Below, one piece after another: positions 25,591 through 37,600 of a DNA stretch of 64,000 nt (its first letter is position 1; each line of letters starts with the position of its first letter). Source of the DNA: Lophium mytilinum. Taxonomy: Eukaryota. The notes under the pieces are model-generated. The model searched no databases. It was not told the DNA's origin and saw only the letters and a list, made by a program, of their open reading frames with translations. The stretch covers positions 124,001 to 188,000 of the forward strand of contig MU004197.1 of NCBI GenBank assembly GCA_010093605.1, given 5' to 3'. Position numbers and translations under genes: made by a program.

Positions 25591-25849
25591 GGCTTATATC
25601 GTGGTATGGGTGAAGCATATTGTATCAATAGAAGCATCACATGAGCTCACTCGCTCACTCAAATCATGCAATTATGAAGTTTCTGTAGTTTTCATCTAAT
25701 CAAATCTTTTCACAAAAGGCCCGGAGACCCATTTATCTACCCCCAGAGCCTCAATGCTCTGACTTCACGCAAGAATGCAAGTGCATAAGGCCGTTCAATC
25801 CTCTACCGAACACATATCCCAGCCCCTGAAAACCTGGAGGTTAAAGACA

Positions 25850-26067
25850 CAACCCCATGTCATCTAGCCAGAGCGTCCGGAACTACAGGACGCCTACATC
25901 TTCAAGGGGGGAGCGCAAGCCTGCGTTCAAACCACCCTTGAAGAGTCAAGACGCCCTGTTTCCTCTTCTTTGAACGTGTGGCGCATCTGCGCCTCAAACG
26001 ACTCAAAGAGGAGGAGGAGTTTGCCGGACTGTTGGCAGGCCTTGGCTATAAATATTGGTGTTCGTTG
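25850..26067 (-). promoter_or_regulatory. Class B structured 3'-UTR RNA element of G5
   Basis: Stems UAGCCA/UGGCUA and GUCCGG/CCGGAC enclose arm 1 (UCUUUGAG..GGCGC-AGAU-GCGCC..UUCAAAGA) and arm 2 (CAGGGCGUCU..UCUUCAAGG..CGCA-GGCU-UGCG..CCUUGAAGA..AGGCGUCCUG). A-rich linker at 26080-26175. Confidence 0.75.
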
Positions 26068-26241
26068 ACTTTCCAGATTCCTTTTTACTATTTTTTGTGT
26101 CGTTTTTGCTGTTTTTTTTGTTTTTGTTGTTTTGCTGGGTTTTTCGGTTGTTTCTGGGTTTGTTTTTGTCGTTTCGAGGCCTTCATCCCCCCTTCCTTCG
26201 GCTTACAGCACCGAACACTCGTAGGCAAACCATCCTCGCTC

Positions 26242-29200
26242 TCAAAGCCCCGTCTCCTCGTCTGGAGTCTCACGCGACCTACCCCCGATCTTACGCTTGC
26301 GCGTCTGCTCCACAACCACATAGTTGGAGTCGAGAAAGCTTGGGTCGACTGCCTCCTCCCTCCGCCTCTCCACCTGGAAGGACGCAAATTCCGCAGACTT
26401 ATCCGCTAGCTCACGCGACTCAACCCCGATCTTGCGCTTGCGTGTCCCCTCGACGACCACGCAGTTGAAATCGAGAAAGTGTTGGTCGACTTCCTCGCCC
26501 CTCCGCCTCTCCCCCTGCAAGGACGCGAACTCGTGAAACTCCTTCACTAAGTCACGTTTCTTTAACACGAATTTGGTATGCCACTCCCACGGGACAGTGA
26601 ACTCTTGGGTTGACATCACCTGGTCGTAAAACCCGGTATCGTAGATACGTCTGAAAAGGTACTCGTGTTTGAAGAAGCGCCACACGATCTCCTCACGGTC
26701 CAAAACGTACAGACTCAGCTCGTCTTCGGTGAGAAGAGGGGCCCCTTCGTGCGGATATTGTTGGTTTTGCGCTTGTAGATGCATGTACAACCTGGCAATC
26801 CAGTATTTGCGCATCTCGTCCTGTCGACTCTTCTTGTCGTCTAGGCATTCGCCGACTTGAAGGTGGTCTACGTTGAGGCCAACAGGGCGAAGTTTGGCAA
26901 GCTCCTCAGAGTCTTTGCGCTCCTGCTCCTTGGCCTTCTCAGCCTCTGCGGCAAGGCGAGCTTCCTGTTGCTCGCGTACCTCGGCGTTCAAGCGCTGTTG
27001 CTGCTCCCCCTGTATGTAGGCCTGTCCACGGAGCAACTGAGAGATGATCTCCCGATTATAGTCGTTCTCTGTCTCTTTCTCCGAGCGTTGGTAGCTACCA
27101 ATGACTTTCACAGCTTCTCCCTCATGAAACTTCGCACATTTAACCAATTTGTCCTCTGAGAACATTGGGCTGCCGTCAAACACCTGCGCCGAATTTGTCT
27201 GGGAGAACGCTCGGTAAATTTCAAGTAAACCCTGCGCGCGAAGAGGCAACTGGTCGCAGTGGAGCCGCCAGATACGCTCATATGAGGGAAAAAGGCGGTA
27301 TACGCCTTCTTCTCCGATACGATTTGGTCGAAGCTGAGCTGGGATAGGGATATCGTTGCCGCTTTCCTGAGCATCCCCAGTTGCCTCCATTTCGATGTTC
27401 TTATCACTATTGGGTTCTTGGAGACTTGTCGCGGCTGGGGTGGCAATGGGTTCGGTCTTGCGCCGAGGCACTTCTTCCTCCATATCCACATCTACCCCGG
27501 AATTTCCACCGGGGTATGCTTGGCGAGTAGCTTTGCGAGTAGGTGGTGCGTAATCCGGAAGCCTCTCAGTCCACTTTACCACGTTGCCGAGCGTGAATTT
27601 CCAAATCGCGGGGTTCGACTCGGCTTTCTTCAACTGCGTAAGCTGTCCTTTGGTTTTGCGATAATAGACCTCGAGGATCTCGCCACCGGCAACACAGTTG
27701 ATTTCAGTAGCGCGAGCCAAAGCAACCACCTGCTCTGCGGAAAGATCTGCTCTATTGGCAGTAGCAGTCCTTGAGAAAGCTTTGAAGATCTTATCGAGTT
27801 CTTGGCGCCGGTCGTGAACAAAGTGCTTGTTCAGATCAAGGTTCGCAAGGACAAGCTGCGGATGGGCGGGGACCCAGGGAGTTGTCGGAGCTGCGAGGGG
27901 TTCAGCGAGTCGAGGAAGTACACACTGAGGGATTTTACGTGGGGTCTGTGCCGGTTGAGGTGGTAGAATCTGAGCAATTGCAGGCTCCTGTGAGATTGAT
28001 GTCCCTACGACGGCTTGCGATTGACTCAAGCTGGACCCTCCATCTGTATCTGCTTCTCCCATATCTTCATCGTCACGCTCCTCGGCGTCGTCCATGCTAG
28101 CCTCGACGTACTGGTCGTTTGTTTCACGAGCGGACGAATCATGGAGACGATTCGAGCCTGATTCAGAAGCCGACGTTGGTGGCGCACGCACAAAAAGTGC
28201 CTGCCATTGCGTCTCGTTCGCAAAGGAAACCTGAGAAGTTGTAGAAGAAGTGCTCGAACCTCGAGTGAGCGTTGCACTTGAAGATCCCCCACTAGTCGCT
28301 AAAGATGGATCATCTGTAGGAACATCATCTATTTCCATCTCTGAACTTGACGTATCCGCAGCACCGTTCGATGGCTGAGGCTGCGTGGAAGGTAGATTAA
28401 GTAACGCAGCGTCAAATGGCGGCAATGAAGCCTGAAGAGGCGGAGACGTGAAAGAAGTTGTAGATGGCCCTGTGGGGTCTGCAGTAGCAGATGCCTGCCC
28501 TGGTTGTGTTGGGGGACCCGCGTTGGGCAAGCGGTTGTTGCTCATGGTCACCTCTTCACCATCTTCCTCAGAGTCTGAAACGTGGTCCAATTCCATTCCC
28601 TCATTCTCAGCGTCGTCCATTGACGCTGATTTCTGGGCAGTCAAGATCAGACCTTTTTGAGTGGGGTTCGCGACATTCTCTGAGCTGTTTCGGGCAGTTC
28701 CAGATCCCGTGGCCTCTAGTTCATTAGGGGGTCGAGAGTCAGCCGAATTGGAAGCTGGCGCAGGAGCACCGAACAGCGTGGCAGACCCTGAAGGAGTAAC
28801 AGTGCCATTGGTATTAGATGCGTTTGACAACGTCCCGCTGGAAGCTTCAAAATTTGCCGCGGCATTTGAAGCACTTGCTGAGACTTTGCGTGTGGCCGGG
28901 TCCTCCTGAGCATGCGTTCGTGAAGCATCAGCGACAGGTGAATCGTGACTGCTGATACTGGATGTAAGGGTCGACCCGCCATGATCGCAGGGCTCATCCT
29001 TATTGGCAGTAGAAGTGGACTGTTGGGGCTCAGATATCGGCCCGGCTTCACATTGCGTATTGGCTAAGCCTTGATTGACTCGAGCGCGTTCTGCACCACC
29101 ATCTCTACCATCAGAATCGTCGTCAGAGTCGTCAGATTCCCCGTCATGCGGCTTCTCGTCATTCTTCTTGCAAGAACTCTTTGAGTCCTTGCGACGGGCA

Positions 29201-30881
29201 GCCTGATCCGGATCGTCCTCCTCATGGTCTTGGCCGTCCTCTGGGCTCTCTGTGGTCTCCTCGCCCGATATAAGCGCACCCTCATCGCTTGTAGTTTCGT
29301 CCTGAGCAGCACGTCTCGCGAAGAAAGTATCTGGCTCAAGATTCTCCCCATCGCTGAACAGGTCGTCAGACTCGCTCTCATTCTTGCACTCATTCTTGCT
29401 CTCATTATCGATAGAAGCATAGTCTAGACCCGGCGTGAAGACTTGGCCAAGAGACTGCTTCTCTTCGAGTTTGTCATGGATGAGTTCAGCAGTCTCGGTC
29501 GACTCTGCGTTCTGCTCCGAGTGGGACTTCGAGAGGTGGGCTTGTGTTGCAAAGGTCGGGGGAGGTGTCTCCTGCTGAGAGTCCAACACTGAATCGTCAG
29601 CGACGGTTTCAGACGGCTGAGATGAGTTGGCTTCTGTTACAGCATCGTCGACACTATCCAGAGCATTACTACCGCGGCTAGAAGTACTATCGTCGTGAGC
29701 GAAAGCAGGCTCGTCGCGGCTGGAAGATGCATCGCGGGGGTCGGACGTAGGGGCATCAGACTGGAAGGCTGGGACAAGAACGACCGTAGGGGCATCGGAA
29801 AGCTGGGGTTGGGACTCGAGCGCTGTAGTGTCGTCGAGACTTTTTGAAGTATTGATCTCGTCCTCCGGATCGACCCCCTCAACTGCGCGCATTTCGTTGT
29901 GGTCTTCTTTGGCAGGTAAATCAATGATCTCGGAGTGGTTTCCTTGATCGGCTTCATCGTTTTCGGATGTATCGCCAGCGAGGGGAACATTGGCATCTGG
30001 CCGGAAGACTTCGACGGGAGAGAAAATTTGGATATCTCGGTTTTCAAGATCGGGAGATGTTGGAGCGTACTCAGACTGGTATCCATGATCGGACTCCGTT
30101 TGCGATTGTTGTGCTTGACGAAAGGTCTCATCCTGTTCAGCAGAGCCGTAATTCTCGGTCTGCTGCGTAGACTCGGTCCCGCAGCACTTGGTGCAATGCT
30201 GAACACTGCTCGATGCCATCTCCAGAGTTCCAATGCGATCTATGATGGATTCGAGCTTAGATTTTTCGACCAAAACCGTCTGAGGATTCACTTGGGATGA
30301 AGCCCGGGACTCCTCCAGCATCGATTCAAAGAGAGCGCGACAGTCATCTCTCGTGAACGGTCGCGACTCCTTTGCGCTTGCTTTGAGACGTTTGATCTGT
30401 CTTTCGAGACGATTTATCGCAGCGTTGGTTTTCGAGCACCACATCTGCAAGGTGCGAATGGACTTATCGTCTTCAGCGAACCGGTTGAGAACGTCGACGT
30501 GGAAAAGGTGAATTTCGTCTACAAGCCACGCGAAATCTGAGTTTTCCCGCATGGATATGTTAAGCTTGCCCTCCTTGAGCTCGCGCGCGATTTGCCTCAG
30601 CTCTTGGTAGCCCCTCGAACATCTCGAGACTTTTCTGTCATCCAATTCGTCGATTCGGAGACGCAGATTCTTTGGCATCACATCGGTGGACTTTGCGGTC
30701 GTCAATGTGCTATATTGAAGTTAGATTTGTGTGAAGAATGGTGTGTATGTCGCAAACAACAGACTACACGCTATGACGGGGAAGACAAAGCACTGAGATC
30801 TTACGGCATAGCACTGTCAGTATCATGGGCGGTAGAGCCAGGCTCATCTGCAGCCGTCGCACCAGGCCCAGCGGAGTTCAT
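26242..30881 (-). CDS. G5: array-family protein, ~1514 aa (no TM, short coiled coil, acidic disordered region, three KIX-like repeats, duplicated RKRK-containing tail)
   Basis: Exon 30881-30805 (MNSAGPG...) and intron 30804-30710 (GTAAGA..CTAAC..TAG) join in frame to the 1487-codon ORF. Confidence 0.8.
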
Positions 30882-31522
30882 GACGTGTGATGCCAGCGTT
30901 TGCTGTGCTGGCACACGCAGATTGGAGATGTTTGTGTAACTGCAAATGGAAACCGGTGGTGTGTGTGGAGGTGTGGTGGGTGGGGGAGTGATCAAGGGAG
31001 GTTGGTGGAGAAGAGAAAGTCTGTGGAGGGCGGGAGAAAGACTTTGAGCTTGTGGGCGCGTGGTGCGGCTGCCAAGACTTTGCAGTTGGTAGTGAATGGA
31101 TTGATGCCCGGAGTGTAAGCGCTTATCGATAAGAGGCTTTCCTCCGGCATGAGTGATTTATTAATGGACGAGCCTAATTATCACCCCCCTTTTTGCTACG
31201 TATCACCCCCTATCTTGCTACATAGACCTTCAGAGAGCTTCCTGCCGACTTGATGCCGCTGCTAGAGGTGCCCCAGTTGGCAGCTGGCCGGCCGGCCAAA
31301 CAGTAGTCTGAATCGCATTGTGTAGACGTAAGCGACATGTATCACGTGACTCGTCACATGCTCTCACAACTTTGGTGAAAGTGCGGCACGTCACCCGCTA
31401 CAAAAGCCCGCTTATCTCCTACGCAGTGTCTTTCATTTTCGTTCAACCACTGCTTACGGACCCACTCCCCGAACACACACCAAGCAGACTCTGTCCTTGC
31501 ATCTATCTTCAACGCTCACACG
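30882..31522. promoter_or_regulatory. Divergent promoter region shared by G5 and G6
   Basis: Head-to-head genes ~640 bp apart. Contains the palindrome CTTATCGATAAG (~31122), a 22-nt direct repeat TATCACCCCC..TTGCTAC (31179-31221) and TCACGTGA (~31342). Confidence 0.5.
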
Positions 31523-32866
31523 ATGCCACCAAAAAGCATTGGCAAAGCTGATAGTGCTGAAACTGATCTTGAAGTTAACGATGCTTTAGCAATTGGCGTG
31601 ACCTCCATCTCCCTGAAGACTGACCCTGCGTCTGAGGCGAGAGAAGTGCGCCGACGAGCTGCCCAGCTCTTTAGTAGCCGTATTCCTGCAGCTCAGGATG
31701 CTGCGTCCGTCCCCCATCTAAAAGGAACCTCCCCATCTGCACTCCCCGCCTTTGGTACGGCGACCCCAACTCCAGCGCCCCGAGCTCTAGCGTACCCTAA
31801 CCTGGTTCCTACCAAGCTTGACGGCGTTGATCACTTGACTCGCCGCCAGGAACAGCTTGAAGCCATCTATGCCGCGCTGGAGAAGGCTAATATTCGGTTC
31901 AAGAGCAACTCACCTAAGGAATATCTGATCGAGATTGCTCGGGCCAGGGAAGATATCTACACGCAGAAGCGCCCATTCCATGCACCACCAACCGCCTACA
32001 CCGAAGAGAAGTACCTTGATCTCATGGAGTACGAGATCGCAAAGAAGATCCATGGCGCGAACAAGAAGTCCTGGAACAATCTAATTGCGAAGCACTCAAA
32101 GAACCAAAATGCCGTCCCTACCTATGCGCCGCCAACGGCCGCGCAAGTCCCTCTTCCTATGCAGCTCATTCCCAGTGCTGTTCAGAGCAAGATTCCGCTT
32201 TCATTGCGCCAGAAGCATCTTGATGCGCTGTTCGAAGCCTACCAGAATGCTAACAACAAGCATCTTCGCTTTGGCCATCCGATCCTCCTCGAATCAGCAG
32301 ACCTGATCAACCTCTCCCGACAAGCTGAAGCAGCCCGTGCTATAGTTCCTACAGAGACAGACTACAGGATTGGCCTGGAGAACGACGTGAAGACGATCCG
32401 CGACTTCAAGACCCGCGACTGGTGGCGCGCCGTCGCCAAATTCCTCCGCCCGTTCCAAGTTGCCGCCCAAGCCCCCGTCCGGCCAGAGCTCCTCCCACGC
32501 GATGTTAAAGGTATCGATATGAGCACCACCCGCCAGAATCGCCTCAACGCCCTATACAACACCCTTGGTCATGTGAATGAGCGTCATATCCGACAAGGCA
32601 AACGTCTTCTCGGGGATGCAGCAGTCGTCACGATAGCCTCGATCCTAGAAAAACGATCGGTTCGTACACACAGCCGTGTTCGCACAGAGGACGAATACTT
32701 GGAAGAGATGCAGATGGCTATCGAGTCATATTGGCATTCTACTAAGTCTACCTTGTTTTCGCTCATTCGGGAATTTGAACCGACGCGGAAGGAGCTACGG
32801 AAGAGGCAGGACGAGGAGGCCGAGAAGGAGGCCGGGATAGTGTCCGAAGAAACTACGATGAACTAA
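31523..32866 (+). CDS. G6: 447-aa soluble paralogue made mostly of three KIX-like repeats
   Basis: Uninterrupted ORF. Repeats RRQEQLEAIY..N..LIEIARAREDIY, LRQKHLDALF..N..LINLSRQAE and TRQNRLNALY..N..VVTIASILE are collinear with the G5 C-terminus. Confidence 0.85.
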   Translation: MPPKSIGKADSAETDLEVNDALAIGVTSISLKTDPASEAREVRRRAAQLFSSRIPAAQDAASVPHLKGTSPSALPAFGTATPTPAPRALAYPNLVPTKLDGVDHLTRRQEQLEAIYAALEKANIRFKSNSPKEYLIEIARAREDIYTQKRPFHAPPTAYTEEKYLDLMEYEIAKKIHGANKKSWNNLIAKHSKNQNAVPTYAPPTAAQVPLPMQLIPSAVQSKIPLSLRQKHLDALFEAYQNANNKHLRFGHPILLESADLINLSRQAEAARAIVPTETDYRIGLENDVKTIRDFKTRDWWRAVAKFLRPFQVAAQAPVRPELLPRDVKGIDMSTTRQNRLNALYNTLGHVNERHIRQGKRLLGDAAVVTIASILEKRSVRTHSRVRTEDEYLEEMQMAIESYWHSTKSTLFSLIREFEPTRKELRKRQDEEAEKEAGIVSEETTMN

Positions 32867-34380
32867 TAGGGTCGATTCAGCGACGATAGTGACGGGGAGA
32901 ATGGGAGCGGAGTGAGAAGGGGAACGAGGCCTATGATGCGCGGGGAGGAGTGGCAGTTGGCGACGTAAAGTACATGCTACGCTAACTCATGAGGAAAATA
33001 CTGCGCCTTGATTCGAGTAATATGGCGCAATCCTCATCTCTAAGCATTTGTACGGACAGCCTTACAGACGAAAAGGCTGAGTCTACCGCTGCCGCTGCGA
33101 CGGGAAATTCTGCCAGGACTCAAGAGTTGATGTCCTCGTAGCTTGTAGTGTAGACATAGACGATTAGATGAGAAACCACCATAGTAACGAGTGGTTGGAA
33201 CCAAAAATCTGATAATGCATTGAACCCAATGCTACGCCTGTGTTTCTTCAAAGTGACTGTAGCCTTGTCCCTGTATAACTCCTCCTTTTCCTTTCCGACA
33301 TATTGGCGCACAACGTGAATTTCACCTCTTGAGGTAGCCGTTCGGGTGGGGAGGCCTAGTAATGCACAGTCCAAATACAGCTAGACCTAGGGATTCATAT
33401 CCCTACGCAACCAAAGATGAAATATGCATTGTCGAGGTTCAAGTAAGGTTCTCTGCTGTTTCTCCTACCCGTATCCTTCCCGGTGTTTCTATTACTGCTT
33501 CAATAGCTAGATGGAAGTGCTCCGCTAGCATATCCAATCCCTGAAGGTCGCGTCCTTCCGGACGGGGCATGCAACTGGGACGCAAGTCACGGCGTGTGCA
33601 CTTCCTGTATATGCAAAGTGTATTGATTCTACCTAAAACAAAGGAAAGTTCTTCAGCTCATGCAGGACGCTTTTCTTGCCATATGTGATTGCTCTCACAC
33701 ATTTGAAGTGCATCGTAGATGTTATCGTAGCGTTCTCTTACCTGAAGCACTTCTTACAGTCGCATCGACCGGGCAAGACTGCTGTTCAATCGGAGTAACA
33801 TGGGTGATCTCAGCCTCAAGCAGCTAATTCCGCGCCCCACCAAGTAGTCACAGTAATAGAAAGCATAATCATAGATCCTAAAGGTCCAAAGGTCCTATAA
33901 TACAAGCCGCACCAAGACCGCCGTCATACTGTATACAGAAGTCCCAAAGCGCCAAGTCCTTATATCGAACAGCTAACTTGTCTAGCAGCACACGCTAGGG
34001 CCGCACCGCCCTCCTTCTCTGGCCCACTTCATTATAGCTAGACGCGCCTTCCTCCCCCACGATTGGCTGTGAGACTGCTTTTAGAACGTCATGAAAAGTT
34101 AGGTTTTCGAGTTTCCTCGTTTTTGAGGCAGTGTCTCAGCGGTACGCCAGATCATTGACAAGCACTTGCTGTAAGGGGAAATAGGGCGAAGAGAAAAAGG
34201 AACGAGAAGGAAAAGAAACTGCCCAAATACAGTAAATTAATAAAACGTACAGAAATAGAAAGAAACAATCATGTACACCAAACTCACTTCATCAGCCATG
34301 CACGCAGTAAATCATCATGAATAGTTTTTTCGACCTAGCATTGCTACTCCGACTAGATCAGCCCAATACCATCTTCGCGA

Positions 34381-34522
34381 ACCTAGCACGCGACCCCATC
34401 TATCAGGAAAAAGGTCTCCAGCCCCCGCCCAATACCCGTATGATGCATTGTCTCGCGCACAGCTATTAGGCTGGCGCATGACTAGCACCATACATTGAAA
34501 CGAGGGCTGGTGTGTGCTGGCC
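34381..34522 (-). promoter_or_regulatory. Class A structured 3'-UTR RNA element of G7
   Basis: Same fold as 4275-4426 with compensatory changes (GUAUGGUGC/GCAUCAUAC). Loops CUAAUA and CUGAUA. Confidence 0.75.
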
Positions 34523-34659
34523 GCATCCTACGGGTATCTATTCCAACGCCGTATGAACCACCCATGTAACAAGAAGGAAAGACAAAGGAAATCCCACTTG
34601 CAAAACCCCATTTTGACTCAGCCACTCGCTGCCGTCCCGTTCATCCCCCGCATCGCACG

Positions 34660-37600
34660 CTACACCCACTTCCTCAGCATCTTCTTCCACTGCTTCTCCG
34701 TCAACTCTTCAATGATTCCCAGTGCTTCGCCGCTGGCATCCGTATACTCAGACTCCCGATCACCTGGCTCCAAATCCGAATCCGAATTCAGGACATCCGT
34801 CACCACCTCCAGCTCGCGTTGAAGCGCGATAGCCTGCAGTATATCTAAGCTAACACCCGTGCCGTGGGTGTTGTTGGCCGAGTTGAGGAAGTCAAGGAGC
34901 TCGTCCAGCGCGTCCACACGGTTTATATGCCAGCCGCCGATCTCGTCGTGGTCTTCTGTCACCACAGGCTTAAACTCATCCGGCTCGGGCTCAGACTCGG
35001 GCTCAGATTCGGGCTCAGCAGCAGGCTCAGGAGCGGGCTCTGGCGCGGCATCAATCTCTCTTCGGCGCTTGGAAGGGTTGTCGTTGTTGTAGTGGTCACG
35101 GTCCCAATCTTCGTTGCTCCCCCCTGCGGCACCCTCGCCAGCGTCTCTGTCTCTTGGAAGAACAAGCTCATCGGGGTCAGTTGTAGTATCGGGGTCAGGA
35201 ACGTAGGCTTGGAAGTTGGCGTCCACATCCGGCGGTGGAAGGGTATGGTTGCCCCAGTTCATGGTCCCCGCAAGGGGCACCTCTTCCCACTCCGTCTCAC
35301 CTGACCTATCGGACCCGTCTTCATCTGGCGTTGCGAGCGCAAGGAGCTCCTCATCGAAGTCGTGGGAAGCAAAAGCTTGTTCATATTCTTCGGGAGCGAG
35401 AGGCTGTTTATCTTCGTACTTATCCTCGTCCGAATCTGAGGTCTGGCAGTCGCCGAAGTCAATCTCATCGTTCTCGTCATACTCGAACTCCGGCGGGCGC
35501 GGCGCGCGATATGCCGTTGGAGAGTTGCTCCGCGACTGACGGGGCGAGAAAGTGGGTTCTGAGCCCGAGTCGGAACTCCTCGGCGATGGGGGTGGTGAGT
35601 AGTCGCCTGCGGAGGCGGTGTCGTTGGCAAGGCCGTTAGACGGGAGGTTGGCGAAGCCGTACCCTGGGTAGCCTCTAGCTGGAAGCGCTGTTGAACTTTC
35701 GCCATTGTTGGTATCACCTAGTTGTCCGTCGTAGTTTGGGCCGCCGTACATAGAGGCCAAAGACCTTGGATGTGTCAGGTTCTGGTCGAAGGTCTGAGGC
35801 TGGGCTCCTAGGGTCGTAAGGGGAGGAGGGGAAAGCGTCATGTCGGTATCCTCTGGAGCTTCTAAAGGCCCCGACTGCCCGGTAGTAGTACCAGGAGGGT
35901 CGTAGACGCCATTCTGAAGATCGGTACTAAAGCCTGGGCTATTCATAGCATCGAGCGCCGCGGTGAAGCTCATGTCGATATCAAACTGGGGTGCGAACGT
36001 TGTAGTCATATCCAGTTCAGCGTCGTTGACAGCCCCATCCGCAGCCTCATCCCTCATAGTGGTGTCAACTTCGCCTTCGCCGGGAGTCTGTCCAGTCGGG
36101 GTGACACCTTGCATGCCTTCCCCAAAGGTATAGCTTGTCGAACTGCTACCTGTAGGGGGACCCTGAGCCTCCTCCGCAGATGTTGAAGGACCGCTATTTG
36201 ATAGAGTCACGGGAGTGCTCGTGGGACGACATGTAGTCTGAGTGGTTGACAATTGTCCCTGATTACGAGCTCGTCTGAGAGGGGCAATCTTTCTACGAGG
36301 AGCTGTCTCTATGACAGGAACAGTCTCTTTAGGTCCGTCCTCATCGCGTTTGTCTCCGTCGTTAGAGTCCGACAACCTATCATCTTGACCCCTAGATTCA
36401 TCGTCTTGACCAGTCGCGGACGTGGGAAAAGTTGTGTTACTCTCTCTGGCAGAAGTCATCCGAGGCCCTCCGTTCTGGCCTACCACGAAGTCTTTAGTGG
36501 CCCGCTGGCCTCCGTTAGCGGTTGTGGTGGTGTCAGTGTGAGGAGCAGCGGCTGCGGAGGGAGACACGGAAAGGGTAGGAGGAGCCATTGATACTGGCAC
36601 ATTTGCTCCTGTTCTGGAAATCGCGTCGACCATATCGTTAGGCTGAACACTGGAAGCTGGTGTATGAACGGGGCGAGAAGCCGCCGATGATGTAGAACTT
36701 CCGGATATTGGAGCTTTAGTCCTCTTAACTCCTCGGGCTCGAGCAATCTTGCGTCCCTTCAGCTCCTCGGAAGTTGCCTTGAGACTCTCATATGTTGCTG
36801 TATCATCCTCATCAGGATCAAGTTTATTCACGTTTCTTTGATCAAGACGGGTACCACCTCGCTTCGTAGCGCCGCTGCTTTGCTGGCTCATCATGCCAGA
36901 AAGATCAACAGGACCGGCATTGGAAGGAGTCGGACGTGCCTGGGCCAAGGCGGGAGCCTCAGTAGTTATGGTTGGAGGGGAGGCGCTTGTGCTCGTTGGG
37001 GTGGCATTAGAGACATGAACAACTTCATCTCCTTCAACCTTCTTTGCAGTTGTCGGAGTTTGTGAGACTTGTGACGATGACGCTGCCACAGCTTGAGACG
37101 ACGATGGCTCAGCATTTAGTTCCGTGCTAGTTTCGGTCGCTATTGGTGGATAGATGAATTTGAACAGCGTCGGAGCCCCCTCTGGCTTAGCTGTAGTCTC
37201 TGCCGCGGCTTCTGGCTTCTTCACCAACCCGGAGATATCGAACGTAGCCAGGTTGAGAGGCGGCGCAGATTGCGTGGTGGCGCGAACGCGCGGAGTAGCC
37301 GTTGTCTCGGAAGCGAGAGGAGCTGCGGTCGAGAAGAGCTTCACGGGAGCTGTCGTGGCGGGTAGTCCGGGACGGGTTGCCTGAGGCGTAACCGTAATCC
37401 GCGATGTAGTTGTAGATGCCGCTGATGTTGACTTGGCCGGTTCATCAGTGACAGTCGGTGTAGTTGGAGCTAGGACCTCAACATTGTTGGCAGTCGAGTT
37501 TGTAGGACCGTCCCGCAGTACGGTCACTACAGAGGAAGTAGACGTCGCTCGAGAGCGGGTATTGGGGCCCGTCTCAACGGCGTTAGAAGCGGCTGTAGAA

